A stretch of DNA of 64,000 nucleotides from an uncultured Nitrospiraceae bacterium (GCA_963706325.1 CAVPLT010000001.1:32001-96000); one strand, 5' to 3'; shown: positions 39,102 through 49,946, counted from the first letter of the stretch. Notes: generated by a model from the sequence alone, not told the origin. Made by a program: numbers and translations.

Positions 39102-41804
39102 CTAGTGAGGATTGGCCGGTGAAGGCGCATGGATCGGCAGCCGAATAGTGAGCATCGTGCCTTTCCCCGGTTCGCTTTCGACATGAATCGTGCCGTTGTG
39201 CTCTTCAATGATGCCCTTCACCACCGTGAGCCCTAAGCCGGTTCCCTTGCCGAACTCCTTGGTCGTAAAGAAGGGATCGAAGATCTTTGCGAGTACCTCC
39301 CGCGGCATCCCATGACCGTTGTCCGACGCGATGAGCGTGACCATCTCCTGGTCGGAAACCACCGCCAGCCTGAGAGTCCCCCCGTCTGGCATCGCATGAA
39401 TGGCATTCATCACCAGATTGATGAGAACTTGGCTCATCTGATCGGCATCGGCATGCACGAGTGGACAGCCCTCGACAAATGACGTGTCGACGGTAATGCC
39501 GTTATGAGCCAACCGCTCTTGAAAGATTTCCAGGTTATCTTCAATCGCCTGCCGGAGATTCATTGCGCGGTGTTCTACCGGACGTCGACGGGCGAAGGCC
39601 AACAGCTGATTCATCACTCTCGTGATCCGCTCCACTTGACTGACGATAGTTTGAAGACCTCTTCTGACCGGCTCTTCTTTCGTCCGCTCCATGAGATACT
39701 CGGCCCGGCCCAAAATAACGTTCATGGGCGTGCCGATTTCATGCGCCATTCCGGACGCGACGGTTGCCAACTCCGCCACCCGTTCGGTACGCCGCAGTTG
39801 TTCCTGCAAACGCTTCCGCTCGGTGACGTCCCGCGCCACCACGAGAATCGCGTCGCCCTCTTGATCGCGATAGCGGGCTGCGGTGACTTCCACATCGACG
39901 GTGACGCCATCGAGCTTGACAAAGGTTTGCTCAAACAGAGGAATCTGCTCCTGTCCTTCCGCGATCCGACCGATGCGCTGTTGAACCGACGCGCGGTCGT
40001 CCGGCCGGATGAAATCAGGCAGCGAACGTCCCAAGACCTGGCTCTCGTGAGCCGCGCCGAGCAACCGTAGCCCCTCGCCGTTACTGAACATGACGCGATC
40101 GCCGCGCATGACGAAAATGCCATCGGGCGAAACCTGCACCAGCCGACGATAGCGCTCCTCACTTTGCCGCATTGCCGCTTCGGCCTGTCTTCGTTCCGTG
40201 ATATCCCGGATGATCGCGGCCACGCCGGTGGGTTTTCCGTCATCTCCCTTGACCATGGACACCGTCAGGGCAACTGGAACTCGAGAGCCATCCATCCGAA
40301 TGAGTTCTTTTTCAAACTCGGCCGGTTCACCCGTCTCAATGACCCGTGCGATCGCCGCCGCTTGCGGTGCGCGGTATTCGACCGGAGTCAGCTCTCCATG
40401 GTGCATACGAAGCAGTGCATCCTGCGAATACCCCGTCAACTTGGCAAAGGCTTGATTCGCCAATACAAACGTACCGTCCAGCGAGGCATATCCGATCGCA
40501 TCTTTGGAGGATTCCACGATGTCTTCGAAGAGCCCCTGCACGGTTCGCAAGGACGCCTCCGCCTGTTTCCGTGCCGTGATGTCTCGCGTCACGCCGAGCA
40601 CCGCGGTGATGATTCCATCTGCGCCTCGCAAGGGTACGGCATGCGTTTCCAGCCAGCGATGAGCGCCTTTAAGTCCCAGGATTTCGAACTCCAGCAGACC
40701 CTGTTTTCCGTGGCCTGCCTGGGCAATCAGCTCGAGGAAGGCGCCGCGGAACTGCGGGAGCACCAGCTGACACAGGTCCTTTCCGACAATTTCCCGGCTG
40801 CCCTCGGCCTCGATCATCGCCAAGCCGGCCGCATTCATGGTCTGAACGGCCCCGTCGAGATTCATCACTTTCACACACTCCGGTTCGGTCTCGATGATGG
40901 TTCTGAGGAGCCCTTCCCGCTCAGCCAATTCCTTCTCCAGCCGCTCTCGTTCCGTAATGTCACGCAGGATTACGGTGAAGTACCGGCTGCCCTCCACGCC
41001 CACCTGAGAAATGGAGGCTTCAATCGAAAACTCTTCTCCGCCTGCCCGAACCCCCGTAATTTTTCCCAGGGCGCCCATTCTACGGTTGCTGACACCTGAC
41101 TGACCGAACCGCCTGATATGCTCGTGATGCATGCTGTGGAATCGCTCGGGAATGAGACGATCGAGGGGTTGCCCCATCATCTCCTCGACGCTCCATTCGA
41201 ACATGCGTTCCGCAGCCTGATTGAACAGCACGATGTGCTGATGTTCGTCGATACTGATGATGGCGTCCATGGCGGACTGGAGGATCCCTTCCATCCGCGA
41301 CTTGTCCTCGCCCCTTTGTTCTTCCGCTCGGCGTCGCCCCGCGACTGCGCCCAACACCGCCGCTTCGGCGTAGGCTCGCGCTTCTACGGCGGCAGCCTTT
41401 GCCGACTCGGCTTGGGTTTGCTGCGCTTGGGCGTCGCTGAGCGCCTGCGTCATCTGCCTGCGACTCTCCTCGGCCCGTGCTCGAGCCACCTGGCGACTCA
41501 TCAACACGAGTGCGAAGGCCCACATGGTCCCAACGCCCAACAGGCGGTTGATCATGGCAGACAAGGATGACGCGCCTGGAGTGGACGCAAGGATACCGAT
41601 GCCGAGCAGGAGGGTGACCAAGCCGGCGGCATACAGCGGAGCGCGTGGCCGAGAGGAATTCAATGTGAGAGTCAGGGGAATGGCATACAACACCCACACG
41701 TCGACGCTGTCCGGCGTCAAGAAATCCAACACGAAGATTCCGACGATCAGGACGACGGTGAGACCGTATTCAGCGAGGAAAGGTTTGTTGATCGGAAGCT
41801 GCAA
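39102..41804 (-). CDS. Membrane-anchored multi-PAS (4x) histidine kinase
   Basis: N-terminal TM helices; four PAS ends (DITER/DITAR/DITER/DVTER); AHEIGTP, NAIHAM, FFTTK, GTGLGL. Confidence 0.92.
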   Translation of the reverse strand: MQLPINKPFLAEYGLTVVLIVGIFVLDFLTPDSVDVWVLYAIPLTLTLNSSRPRAPLYAAGLVTLLLGIGILASTPGASSLSAMINRLLGVGTMWAFALVLMSRQVARARAEESRRQMTQALSDAQAQQTQAESAKAAAVEARAYAEAAVLGAVAGRRRAEEQRGEDKSRMEGILQSAMDAIISIDEHQHIVLFNQAAERMFEWSVEEMMGQPLDRLIPERFHSMHHEHIRRFGQSGVSNRRMGALGKITGVRAGGEEFSIEASISQVGVEGSRYFTVILRDITERERLEKELAEREGLLRTIIETEPECVKVMNLDGAVQTMNAAGLAMIEAEGSREIVGKDLCQLVLPQFRGAFLELIAQAGHGKQGLLEFEILGLKGAHRWLETHAVPLRGADGIITAVLGVTRDITARKQAEASLRTVQGLFEDIVESSKDAIGYASLDGTFVLANQAFAKLTGYSQDALLRMHHGELTPVEYRAPQAAAIARVIETGEPAEFEKELIRMDGSRVPVALTVSMVKGDDGKPTGVAAIIRDITERRQAEAAMRQSEERYRRLVQVSPDGIFVMRGDRVMFSNGEGLRLLGAAHESQVLGRSLPDFIRPDDRASVQQRIGRIAEGQEQIPLFEQTFVKLDGVTVDVEVTAARYRDQEGDAILVVARDVTERKRLQEQLRRTERVAELATVASGMAHEIGTPMNVILGRAEYLMERTKEEPVRRGLQTIVSQVERITRVMNQLLAFARRRPVEHRAMNLRQAIEDNLEIFQERLAHNGITVDTSFVEGCPLVHADADQMSQVLINLVMNAIHAMPDGGTLRLAVVSDQEMVTLIASDNGHGMPREVLAKIFDPFFTTKEFGKGTGLGLTVVKGIIEEHNGTIHVESEPGKGTMLTIRLPIHAPSPANPH

Positions 41805-41840
41805 TCCAATACCTCCCAGCGCGATGGCGACACAACAGCA

Positions 41841-43220
41841 CTACTCGTCCGAGTGTGCTTTGCCTTCAATTTCGGCCAGCTTCCGGTAGAGGGTTTTCCG
41901 ATCGATGCCCAGGACATGCGCGGCCTGATACTTATTGCCGCCCGTCTTTTCGAGAATCCTGACGATGTACTCCTTCTCCACCTCATGCAGCGGCAGGATG
42001 CGCTCAGTCGCTTCATCCAAAATACGCCGATCCCCACGGGATCCCTGCACCTGAATGGGTAAATCGTCCGCCCCGATCATGTCGCCATGGCTCAGCGTGA
42101 CAGCCCGCTCGACCACATTTTCCAACTCCCGCACATTGCCCGGCCAGGCATAATCAACCAGCATCGCCAGCGCCCCTTCACTCACCCCTTTGACCTGTTT
42201 GCCACGAGAGTCGGCGCATTTCTTTAAAAAAGCATCTACGAGAATCGGAATATCTTCCCGGCGTTCCCGCAACGGAGGCAGCTGCAGCTCGATGACATTG
42301 AGGCGGTAGTAAAAATCTTCACGGAACCGCTTATTCTTCACCTCGTCTGCAAGATTCAGGTTCGTCGCCGCGATGATCCGAACGTCCACGGAGATAGATT
42401 TGGTCGCGCCCACTCGCCGGATTTCTCGTTCCTGAATAGCGCGCAGCAGTTTCGCCTGCAGCATGAGCGGGAGTTCGCTGATCTCATCCAGGAACAATGT
42501 GCCCTTTTGCGCTTCCTCGAAGAGCCCGCGCTTATCCACCTTGGCATCCGTGAAGGAGCCTCGCATATGTCCGAAGAGCTCGCTTTCCAGCAGTTGTTCA
42601 GGAATAGCGGCACAGTTGACAGGCACAAAGGGGGCATCGCGCCGGTCACTATTGTAATGAATAGCCTTGGCAACCAATTCTTTTCCTGTCCCACTCTCAC
42701 CGGTAATCAACACGTTGGTTGGGCTATCCGCCACCCGCCGGATCAGATCGAACACCACCTGCATCGCCTTACTCTTCCCGAGAATGTGATGAAAACTGTA
42801 TTCCTTGCGCACCTCCTGTCGAAGGCGACTCACCTCGCGACGGAGGGCCGCCTCACGAACCGCCCGCTCGACCACACGCACCAGTTCCTCAGTCTTTACC
42901 GGCTTGGTGAGATAGTCGCTGGCGCCATACCGCATGGCCTCGACCGCAGTTTCCACCGATCCAAAAGCCGTCATGAGAATGACCCCGATATCCGGATGCC
43001 TGTGCTTGATTTCAGCCAACAGCTCAGTTCCCAGCATGCCTTTCATGCGGAGATCGGTGAGCACCACCGCATAATCTTCTTCCCCCAAGTGCTTCAGCGC
43101 CCCTTGACCGCTGCCGACTCCCGTACATTGATGCCCTCGGCCCTGCAGCACATCACAGAGCAGACTGCGCATGTCTGCGTCATCGTCGACCACTAGTATC
43201 GCGCCCCAATCCTCAGTCAT
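41841..43220 (-). CDS. NtrC/AtoC-family sigma54 response regulator
   Basis: REC domain; GESGTGKE; loop variant GSFTDA; WPGNVREL; HTH. Confidence 0.92.
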   Translation of the reverse strand: MTEDWGAILVVDDDADMRSLLCDVLQGRGHQCTGVGSGQGALKHLGEEDYAVVLTDLRMKGMLGTELLAEIKHRHPDIGVILMTAFGSVETAVEAMRYGASDYLTKPVKTEELVRVVERAVREAALRREVSRLRQEVRKEYSFHHILGKSKAMQVVFDLIRRVADSPTNVLITGESGTGKELVAKAIHYNSDRRDAPFVPVNCAAIPEQLLESELFGHMRGSFTDAKVDKRGLFEEAQKGTLFLDEISELPLMLQAKLLRAIQEREIRRVGATKSISVDVRIIAATNLNLADEVKNKRFREDFYYRLNVIELQLPPLRERREDIPILVDAFLKKCADSRGKQVKGVSEGALAMLVDYAWPGNVRELENVVERAVTLSHGDMIGADDLPIQVQGSRGDRRILDEATERILPLHEVEKEYIVRILEKTGGNKYQAAHVLGIDRKTLYRKLAEIEGKAHSDE

Positions 43221-44035
43221 AAAGTTCCTTGAGTGAATCAATCATTCGATCAGCCCGTGCAAGCTGATGCGGGCACAGACTAATCGGGTTGTTCGTAGAC
43301 GGTCAAGAGGCGGCATGCGGCGCCCTTTCCCCATTGCTGTCTCGAAATGCCCCAACCGCTGCGGCAGGGCCACGCACAAAGAACCTGAAACCTCGGTTCT
43401 TCTCTACCCCTCTCGACTCAGGCAGCTGAAGAGGAGCGCCCTTCACTTACGGCTTCATGGTCCATCTAGGAGGTGATACATGGATACCGACTCCTTGGAG
43501 TTTCGACACAGTTCAATAGCTACCGACTCTGACATCTCTTCATGTTTGCAAGGTCAAGACCGCGGACCAGTCCGCTGCAGGGCCTATGAAACTATTCCGC
43601 CCGAGCAGAGGACTTGGGCCGTGATCGCGAGCACTGGCTGCTTGTAGGTTGGCCATCCCCCATTGGCAATTGGCGGTCCCAAGGCCCATCCAACAGTCTC
43701 TATAAGACCGTTCCCGTCGAGTCCGGTCCCATCACCGGACGCGTCAATGCCACGGCGGACCGCGGCATCTCCTCGCAAGCGATCTCCCGTTGCCTTCCTG
43801 TTCTCCGTGATGATAGATATCTCCTTCCGCCTCTACCCGGAGAACAAAGCCCCGCGCATAATCCTATAAAAGCGTTGCACTATGAGTACGCGTCGAAAGC
43901 CACGGTTGGTACTCTCGACCAGGGTTTAACCTAGTATCGAACATTCCGCCCTTCCGGCGACTATTTAGACATTTGTACATCCACCCTTCTCTCATCGCAT
44001 AGCACGCAGCCGTGGGTAGCCGTCGATGAACAGGT

Positions 44036-45604
44036 TTGACTATGTGGCTCTATTCGGCCCAATTCTTTCTCGGGTTCCTTCCGATCACGCTCTTCTTCTA
44101 CTGGATGGCGCGCTGGCGCGGCTTGTGGCGAGCAAGCCTCCTGGTGCTGATCGGCGCCTCGGTGATATTTGCCGCCATCCACTCATTGGGCAGCGTTGGA
44201 CTCATTCTCTGCTCGGTCCTCGTCAACTATGCCTTCGGCTTTGCTCTGGCGCCGGGAACCACCCGGTCGGCCTCTCACCGCAAGATCCGTCTGATGCTGG
44301 CTGTGACCGCCAATCTTGCCGTCCTTGCGTACTTCAAGTATTTTTCCTCTTTGATTGAGAGTGCGAACGATCTTCTGGGGCCGTCTTATCAATCTACCTA
44401 CCCAATGTTCATGCCCCTCGGCATCTCCTTTCTGACCTTTCAGCAAATCGCCTACCTCGTAGATGTGTATCGAGGACAGATCAACGTCCATCAAAGTACG
44501 TTTGGCAACTACATCCTGTTCTGCTCATTTTTCCCCAAGCAAGTTGCGGGACCGATCCTCCGATACGCTGAAGTCGTCGGGGAACTAAAGAGGGTCATGG
44601 GGCCGGCTGTGTTGAGCCGTAACGTCGTGGAAGGGCTGACGGTGTTTACGATTGGGCTCTGCAAGAAAGTCGTTCTTGCCGATAGCCTTGCGTCCTATTC
44701 AAATTCGTTGTTCGGAGCGGTACCAGCCGGACAGCCGATGGGTTTTGTCGAAGCATGGGGAGGGCTGCTCGCCTACACGTTTCAACTCTACTTTGATTTT
44801 TCGGGGTATACGGACATGGCCATCGGCGTCGCGCTGCTCTTCGGAATTCGATTGCCTGAAAATTTCGACGCGCCGTACACAGCCACCAGCATGATCGACT
44901 TCTGGAAACGCTGGCACATGACCCTCTCACGGTTTTTGCGTGATTATCTGTACATTCCTCTCGGCGGCAATCGTCTGGGGTTTGGGAGACAGCTGGTCAA
45001 CGTGTTCGTCACGATGGCGCTCTGTGGGATCTGGCACGGAGCGGGGCTGACATTCGTGATCTGGGGGGGCCTGCATGGAGCGTATTTGTGCCTCAACCAC
45101 GTCTGGAAAAAGTTTCAAATGTCCTGCCCGGAATGGGTTGGATGGGTGTTGACCTTCCTCGCCGTGACCTACTCATGGGTGTGGTTTCGAGCCGAGAGCG
45201 TTTCGTCTGCTCTCAACCTGACCGCTTCGCTGACAGGCCTCCACGGGCTTTGGGCCGAAGGGTGGTTCACGGCCCTGCGGACATTTCAGGCTCCGGCTGA
45301 TTCCCATCAAGCCCTAGCAAATATTCTGCACGAATTCCATCTGACCGTTACGTATCACCAGTGGACCCTGCGATTTGAGGACATCGTGCTGTCAGGTCCT
45401 TTTCTTCAGCTGTCCTGGATCGCCCTGGCGGCTGTGGTGGTCTTCTGGTTCCCAAAAACAAGTCAGTGGGCGGCTGAACCGAGTCGTCAGGCATCCCCGG
45501 GCCACTATGGGGGCTCTGCTGTGGCAATGGGGCTTCTGATCTTTCTTGCTCTCGCATTTTCCATGTCCGACTCGACTCCGTTGTTCGTCTACTCTCAATT
45601 CTAG
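44036..45604 (+). CDS. AlgI/PatA-like MBOAT O-acyltransferase
   Basis: PLGISFLTFQQIAY, QLYFDFSGYTDMA, FWKRWHMTLS, GIWHGA, C-terminal FVYSQF. Confidence 0.92.
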   Translation: MTMWLYSAQFFLGFLPITLFFYWMARWRGLWRASLLVLIGASVIFAAIHSLGSVGLILCSVLVNYAFGFALAPGTTRSASHRKIRLMLAVTANLAVLAYFKYFSSLIESANDLLGPSYQSTYPMFMPLGISFLTFQQIAYLVDVYRGQINVHQSTFGNYILFCSFFPKQVAGPILRYAEVVGELKRVMGPAVLSRNVVEGLTVFTIGLCKKVVLADSLASYSNSLFGAVPAGQPMGFVEAWGGLLAYTFQLYFDFSGYTDMAIGVALLFGIRLPENFDAPYTATSMIDFWKRWHMTLSRFLRDYLYIPLGGNRLGFGRQLVNVFVTMALCGIWHGAGLTFVIWGGLHGAYLCLNHVWKKFQMSCPEWVGWVLTFLAVTYSWVWFRAESVSSALNLTASLTGLHGLWAEGWFTALRTFQAPADSHQALANILHEFHLTVTYHQWTLRFEDIVLSGPFLQLSWIALAAVVVFWFPKTSQWAAEPSRQASPGHYGGSAVAMGLLIFLALAFSMSDSTPLFVYSQF

Positions 45605-45609
45605 CCGCG

Positions 45610-46692
45610 ATGCGACCATCTCCAGCCAGATATGCATTCATTTTCATGTCAACGGCGGCTCTTTTAAGTATCGGATACCTGCTGCTCTTTGTGTACCAAC
45701 TCGGAGCATTAGTGCCGGCAGAATATTGGGCGCGCGAGTCGCTCATTGGAAAACTAGGGATGCTGGAACAATTGCAAGGACGGCAAAAAGTAGTATTTGT
45801 TGCCGGATCGAGCGCGCACTACGGAATTGACACGAGGCTGGTCGAAGCCGCCGTGAATCGCCCGGCGGCGAACCTTGGATTCGACGCGCTCATGCCCTTG
45901 GGTCCCCTCATGGACGAGGTGCAGCCGTTTCTTCACCAGGGAGACACCTTGGTCCTGCCCCTGGAATTTGAATACTATGTGGCCACAACGACCTACAACG
46001 CGTGGTTCACAAGTGACGTGATGGCCTGGGCTCCCGAATATTTTTGGAAATTGCCGCTTATAGAGAAGGCTCGATTTGTGCTCGCAGTGCCACCTCGGCG
46101 ATTGCTGTTGGGGACGCTCACTCAGGCTCTGTCCCCATGGCTGCAGCAGGTGGAGAAGCGACGACTGAAAACCCGAGAGGAGATTCTCAAGAGGCTCCAG
46201 GATGCATGGGACACCCCGGATTATGCTCCCAAATACATGTACTCACCGTTGAATATAGATCGTCGTGGCAACGCCATTCTTAGTAATGGAGAATACAAAA
46301 ACCCCAACTACTCATTGCTATCAGGGACAGTCGAAAACACCCCAACGTGGGAGACCCTTGAAGCGCTCGCAGCGTTTTGCCGCGAACGAGACATCAAGCT
46401 GCTGGTTACCTGGCCTCCGATTGAGAACGGCGTGATCGACTTCAATGCTCCTGAACACCTCGCACAGGTAAAAGCCATTATGGCTCACCTGAGGCGTCTG
46501 GGAATCCCCGTGCTCGGGGCGCCGGCTGAATTTCAGTATCCGCAGCCACTGTTCTCGGACACGCACTATCATCTGACAGCAGCAGGAAGGGAGGAACATA
46601 CCCGACACCTCCTGCGTTACTTACTTCCCATGATTCCTCCACCCCTACCTGGAGACCTACAGCCGCTGAGAAATAGTCTCGCAGAAGCCTAG
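45610..46692 (+). CDS. SGNH/AlgJ/DltD-like periplasmic acyltransferase partner
   Basis: N-terminal TM; AGSS, ANLG, FSDTHYHL. Confidence 0.75.
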   Translation: MRPSPARYAFIFMSTAALLSIGYLLLFVYQLGALVPAEYWARESLIGKLGMLEQLQGRQKVVFVAGSSAHYGIDTRLVEAAVNRPAANLGFDALMPLGPLMDEVQPFLHQGDTLVLPLEFEYYVATTTYNAWFTSDVMAWAPEYFWKLPLIEKARFVLAVPPRRLLLGTLTQALSPWLQQVEKRRLKTREEILKRLQDAWDTPDYAPKYMYSPLNIDRRGNAILSNGEYKNPNYSLLSGTVENTPTWETLEALAAFCRERDIKLLVTWPPIENGVIDFNAPEHLAQVKAIMAHLRRLGIPVLGAPAEFQYPQPLFSDTHYHLTAAGREEHTRHLLRYLLPMIPPPLPGDLQPLRNSLAEA

Positions 46693-46764
46693 TCAGGCGA
46701 CAGACAACAAGCGGCGGCGCGCAATGGGGAGTTGAGGGATGTTTGCGAGAACTACGAGAGGTTG

Positions 46765-47697
46765 TCAGCCTACGCGAACTTGCTGCTCTGCGTGGTAGGA
46801 ACTTCGGACTAGCGGCCCAGATTCGACATGGCGGAAGCCGAGGGCGAGGCCTTCCTCTTTCAGAGCTGCAAATTCATCGGGGTGGTAAAATCGCGCCACG
46901 GGAAGATGCTCCTTCGTTGGTTGAAGGTACTGGCCGATGGTCATGATGTCGCATTCGACCGAGCGCAGGTCCCGCATGACGTCGAGCGCCTCATCCGCCG
47001 TCTCGCCCATGCCGACGATCAAGCCCGACTTCGTGGTCATGCCCATCTGCTTGGCCCGTGCGAGTAAATCGATCGACCGCTGATACTTTCCCTGCGCCCT
47101 AATCGAGGGGAACAATCGTCGCACCGTTTCGATGTTGTGATTGAGAATGTCAGGCTTTGCGGCAGCGACCAACGCGAGCGCCGCCTCGTCTCCCGCAAAG
47201 TCCGGAATGAGAACCTCGATCGTGCAGCTCGGAATCAGACGCCTGATGTGGCCGATCGTGTCTGAAAAGATTGACGCGCCGCCGTCTCGCAACTCATCAC
47301 GGTTCACCGACGTGATCACGGCATGCCTCAAATTGAGCGCCTGGATGGCCTCCGCCACCCGCAACGGCTCGTCGCGATCCACGGCATGGGGGCGGCCTGT
47401 CGCGACGGAACAGTAGTGACAGCGCCGGGTGCAGATGTCGCCCAGAATCAGGAACGTCGCCGTGCGCGCATTCCAACATTCCCAGACATTCGGACAGCGA
47501 GCCTCTTCACAGATGGTGTGGAGCTTGAGCCGGTCCATAGTCCGGCGAATCTCCTGGTAGTCGGGCCCTGTCTGCAGGCGAACCTTGAACCAGGGCGGCA
47601 GTCGACGCGGCGCACCTTCGTCTAATGAAGGTGCGTGGAAAACAGCGGACGATGTCTCACCGGCTTTCCGTAGGCCTGCTACCGGGATGAACGTCAC
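46765..47697 (-). CDS. lipA: Lipoyl synthase
   Basis: CEEARCPNVWEC, CTRRCHYC, RSSYHA. Confidence 0.95.
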   Translation of the reverse strand: MTFIPVAGLRKAGETSSAVFHAPSLDEGAPRRLPPWFKVRLQTGPDYQEIRRTMDRLKLHTICEEARCPNVWECWNARTATFLILGDICTRRCHYCSVATGRPHAVDRDEPLRVAEAIQALNLRHAVITSVNRDELRDGGASIFSDTIGHIRRLIPSCTIEVLIPDFAGDEAALALVAAAKPDILNHNIETVRRLFPSIRAQGKYQRSIDLLARAKQMGMTTKSGLIVGMGETADEALDVMRDLRSVECDIMTIGQYLQPTKEHLPVARFYHPDEFAALKEEGLALGFRHVESGPLVRSSYHAEQQVRVG

Positions 47698-48896
47698 GGC
47701 TTCTCCGTCGAAGCGGCAAGTTCTTGCGGATGCTCCAGGACTCGCTTGAACTCTTTCAGAAACTGCGCCCCCATCAGTCCATCGAGGGCTCGATGATCGC
47801 AGGACATCGTCACCTTCATCCTCCGCCCGACCGTCACCGTTCCCTTCGCCACGACCGGCACGTCTCGGATGGAGCCGACGGCAATGGATGCGGCTTGCGG
47901 CGGCATCAGCACAGCGAGAAAATTGTCCACATCGAACATTCCGAGGTTGGAGATGGAAAACGTGGCCCCCGTGTATTCCTGCGGCTGCAATCGCTTCTGG
48001 CGAGCGCGCTCAATGAGAGCTTTGGTTTCCGTCGAAATGTCGGCTAAGGTCTTCGCGCCGCAGTTACGAACGACGGGTGTGATCAACCCATCTTCCATGC
48101 CCACGGCCAGGCCGATATCGATCTGAGCATACTGTCTGATGGCATCTCCGACATAGGAAACATTGATCTCAGGATGGCGCATGAGCGCCGACGCCGAGGC
48201 CTTGATCAGCACGTCAGTAATGGACGGATGAGTTTGCCGGTTCTGTTTGAATTGATCGCGCAATTTCTCAGCCTGCTCCATATCGATGTCGACCGTCAGA
48301 TAGAAATGTGGGACCGGAGCTTTGCTTTGAACGGTCGATCGAGCGATGGCTTTCCGCATCTGACTGAGCGGCTGATCGGTTCCGGCAGGCAGCGCCTGCG
48401 CAGTAGGTGCGGCTGCCTTCGTGACATCATCTTCAACAATCCGTCCGCCGGGTCCGGTACCGGTCAGAGCAGAAAGGTCGACCCCCCGCTCGGCGGCCAA
48501 AGCTTTCGCCCGCGGCGAGGCGAACAGACGCGCTCCTACCACGGGGGCTGACGTCGGAGACGAGGCATCCGGCTTCGACGTGGGGGCCGGTTTGCCCCCC
48601 GTTCCAACGGATGGAGCCGCCGTGACGCCTTCGGCCAACGCGACGGAGATATCTTCATCGGCCTCCGCAATCACCGCGATCAATGTCCCCGACTGGACGG
48701 TGGTGCCGTCCTGCACGAGAATCTTGCGCAAGACGCCGGGAGCGAACGCCTCCAGATCCATGACAGCTTTGTCGGTTTCGATCTCCGCGATGACTTCGCC
48801 TGCATGGACCGGATCGCCTTCATGCTTTTTCCAGGCCAGCAAGACGCCCTCTTCCATCGTATCCGTCAGCTTGGGCATGACGACGCGACTAGCCAT
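47694..48896 (-). CDS. pdhC: Dihydrolipoamide acetyltransferase E2 (single lipoyl domain)
   Basis: ETDKA, ASPRAK..A, GTGPGGRI, SCDHRALDG. Confidence 0.92.
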   Translation of the reverse strand: MASRVVMPKLTDTMEEGVLLAWKKHEGDPVHAGEVIAEIETDKAVMDLEAFAPGVLRKILVQDGTTVQSGTLIAVIAEADEDISVALAEGVTAAPSVGTGGKPAPTSKPDASSPTSAPVVGARLFASPRAKALAAERGVDLSALTGTGPGGRIVEDDVTKAAAPTAQALPAGTDQPLSQMRKAIARSTVQSKAPVPHFYLTVDIDMEQAEKLRDQFKQNRQTHPSITDVLIKASASALMRHPEINVSYVGDAIRQYAQIDIGLAVGMEDGLITPVVRNCGAKTLADISTETKALIERARQKRLQPQEYTGATFSISNLGMFDVDNFLAVLMPPQAASIAVGSIRDVPVVAKGTVTVGRRMKVTMSCDHRALDGLMGAQFLKEFKRVLEHPQELAASTEKP

Positions 48897-48958
48897 GGGT
48901 CCTCCTCACCGATGCCGACCACAAGCGACTACCACTATGGTCCCTGATGCTCATCTTC

Positions 48959-49939
48959 TCAATCACGCACGCCGCAAACCGACCGGACAGCGGCGACGAC
49001 GCGCGACACATCCGGAATGGCGGCATCTTCCAGCGGACGGCTGTAGGGCATCGGCACATCTTCGCCGGTCACGCGGACGATGGGCCCATCCAGATAATCA
49101 AACGCCGCCGAATAGACGCTCTCGGCAATCTGCGCGCCCAATCCGCAGAATCGCCAACCTTCTTCGACAATCACAAGATGCCCGGTCTTCTTGACCGAAT
49201 TCACGATGGCCGGAAGATCCAAGGGTTTGAGTGTCCGGGGATCAATGACCTCCACATCAATATCTTCGTGGCGCAGCTGTTCGGCCGCCTCTAATGCCAG
49301 GAGCAACATCTTGGAATAGGCCACGATCGTGACATCGCGCCCTTCGCGCTTCAGATCGGCCACCCCGAGAGGGATGGTATACTCACCCTCCTGCACCTCG
49401 CCCTTGGTCCCATAGAGTAATTGGGCTTCAATAAAGATGACCGGGTTCTTGTCGCGGATCGCGCTCTTCAGCAGACCTTTCGCATCGTGCGGGGTAGCCG
49501 GCATCACGACCTTCAACCCCGGCACGTGGCAGAACCAGGCTTCCAAACTTTGCGAATGTTGTGCGCCCAACTGATGGGCCGCGCTGCCGGGGCCGCGAAT
49601 CACGATCGGAACGGATAGTTGCCCCCCCGACATGTATCTGATTTTGGCGGCGTTGTTGACGATCTGATCGAGGGCGATAATGCTGAAGTTCATGGTCATG
49701 AGTTCGACGATCGGCTGCAATCCGGCCATGGCGGCGCCGATGGCCAGGCCCGTGAAGCCGGCTTCCGTGATCGGCGTATCGACCACCCGCTGAGGCCCGA
49801 ACTCCTCGACAAACCCCTTGCTGACCTTGAAGGCCCCCTGGTAGTAACCGACTTCTTCGCCGATCAGAAAGATTCGCTCGTCCCGGCGCATCTCTTCCCG
49901 CATGGCCTGATTGAGGGCGTCTCGATAGGACAACAGCAT
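48959..49939 (-). CDS. pdhB: Pyruvate dehydrogenase E1 beta
   Basis: DTPITEAGF, AQHSQSLEAWF, IDPRTLKPLD. Confidence 0.93.
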   Translation of the reverse strand: MLLSYRDALNQAMREEMRRDERIFLIGEEVGYYQGAFKVSKGFVEEFGPQRVVDTPITEAGFTGLAIGAAMAGLQPIVELMTMNFSIIALDQIVNNAAKIRYMSGGQLSVPIVIRGPGSAAHQLGAQHSQSLEAWFCHVPGLKVVMPATPHDAKGLLKSAIRDKNPVIFIEAQLLYGTKGEVQEGEYTIPLGVADLKREGRDVTIVAYSKMLLLALEAAEQLRHEDIDVEVIDPRTLKPLDLPAIVNSVKKTGHLVIVEEGWRFCGLGAQIAESVYSAAFDYLDGPIVRVTGEDVPMPYSRPLEDAAIPDVSRVVAAVRSVCGVRD

Positions 49940-49946
49940 GGATGAG

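Noticed and set aside
41841..43220. GSFTDA loop as a sign of sigma54 independence
   Set aside because: The core FT is retained, such variants occur in active enhancer-binding proteins, and sigma54 promoters lie downstream
43270..44030. Long intergenic region checked for tRNA, riboswitch or small genes
   Set aside because: No cloverleaf, recognisable RNA motif or RBS-supported ORF visible by eye; an Rfam scan would be needed
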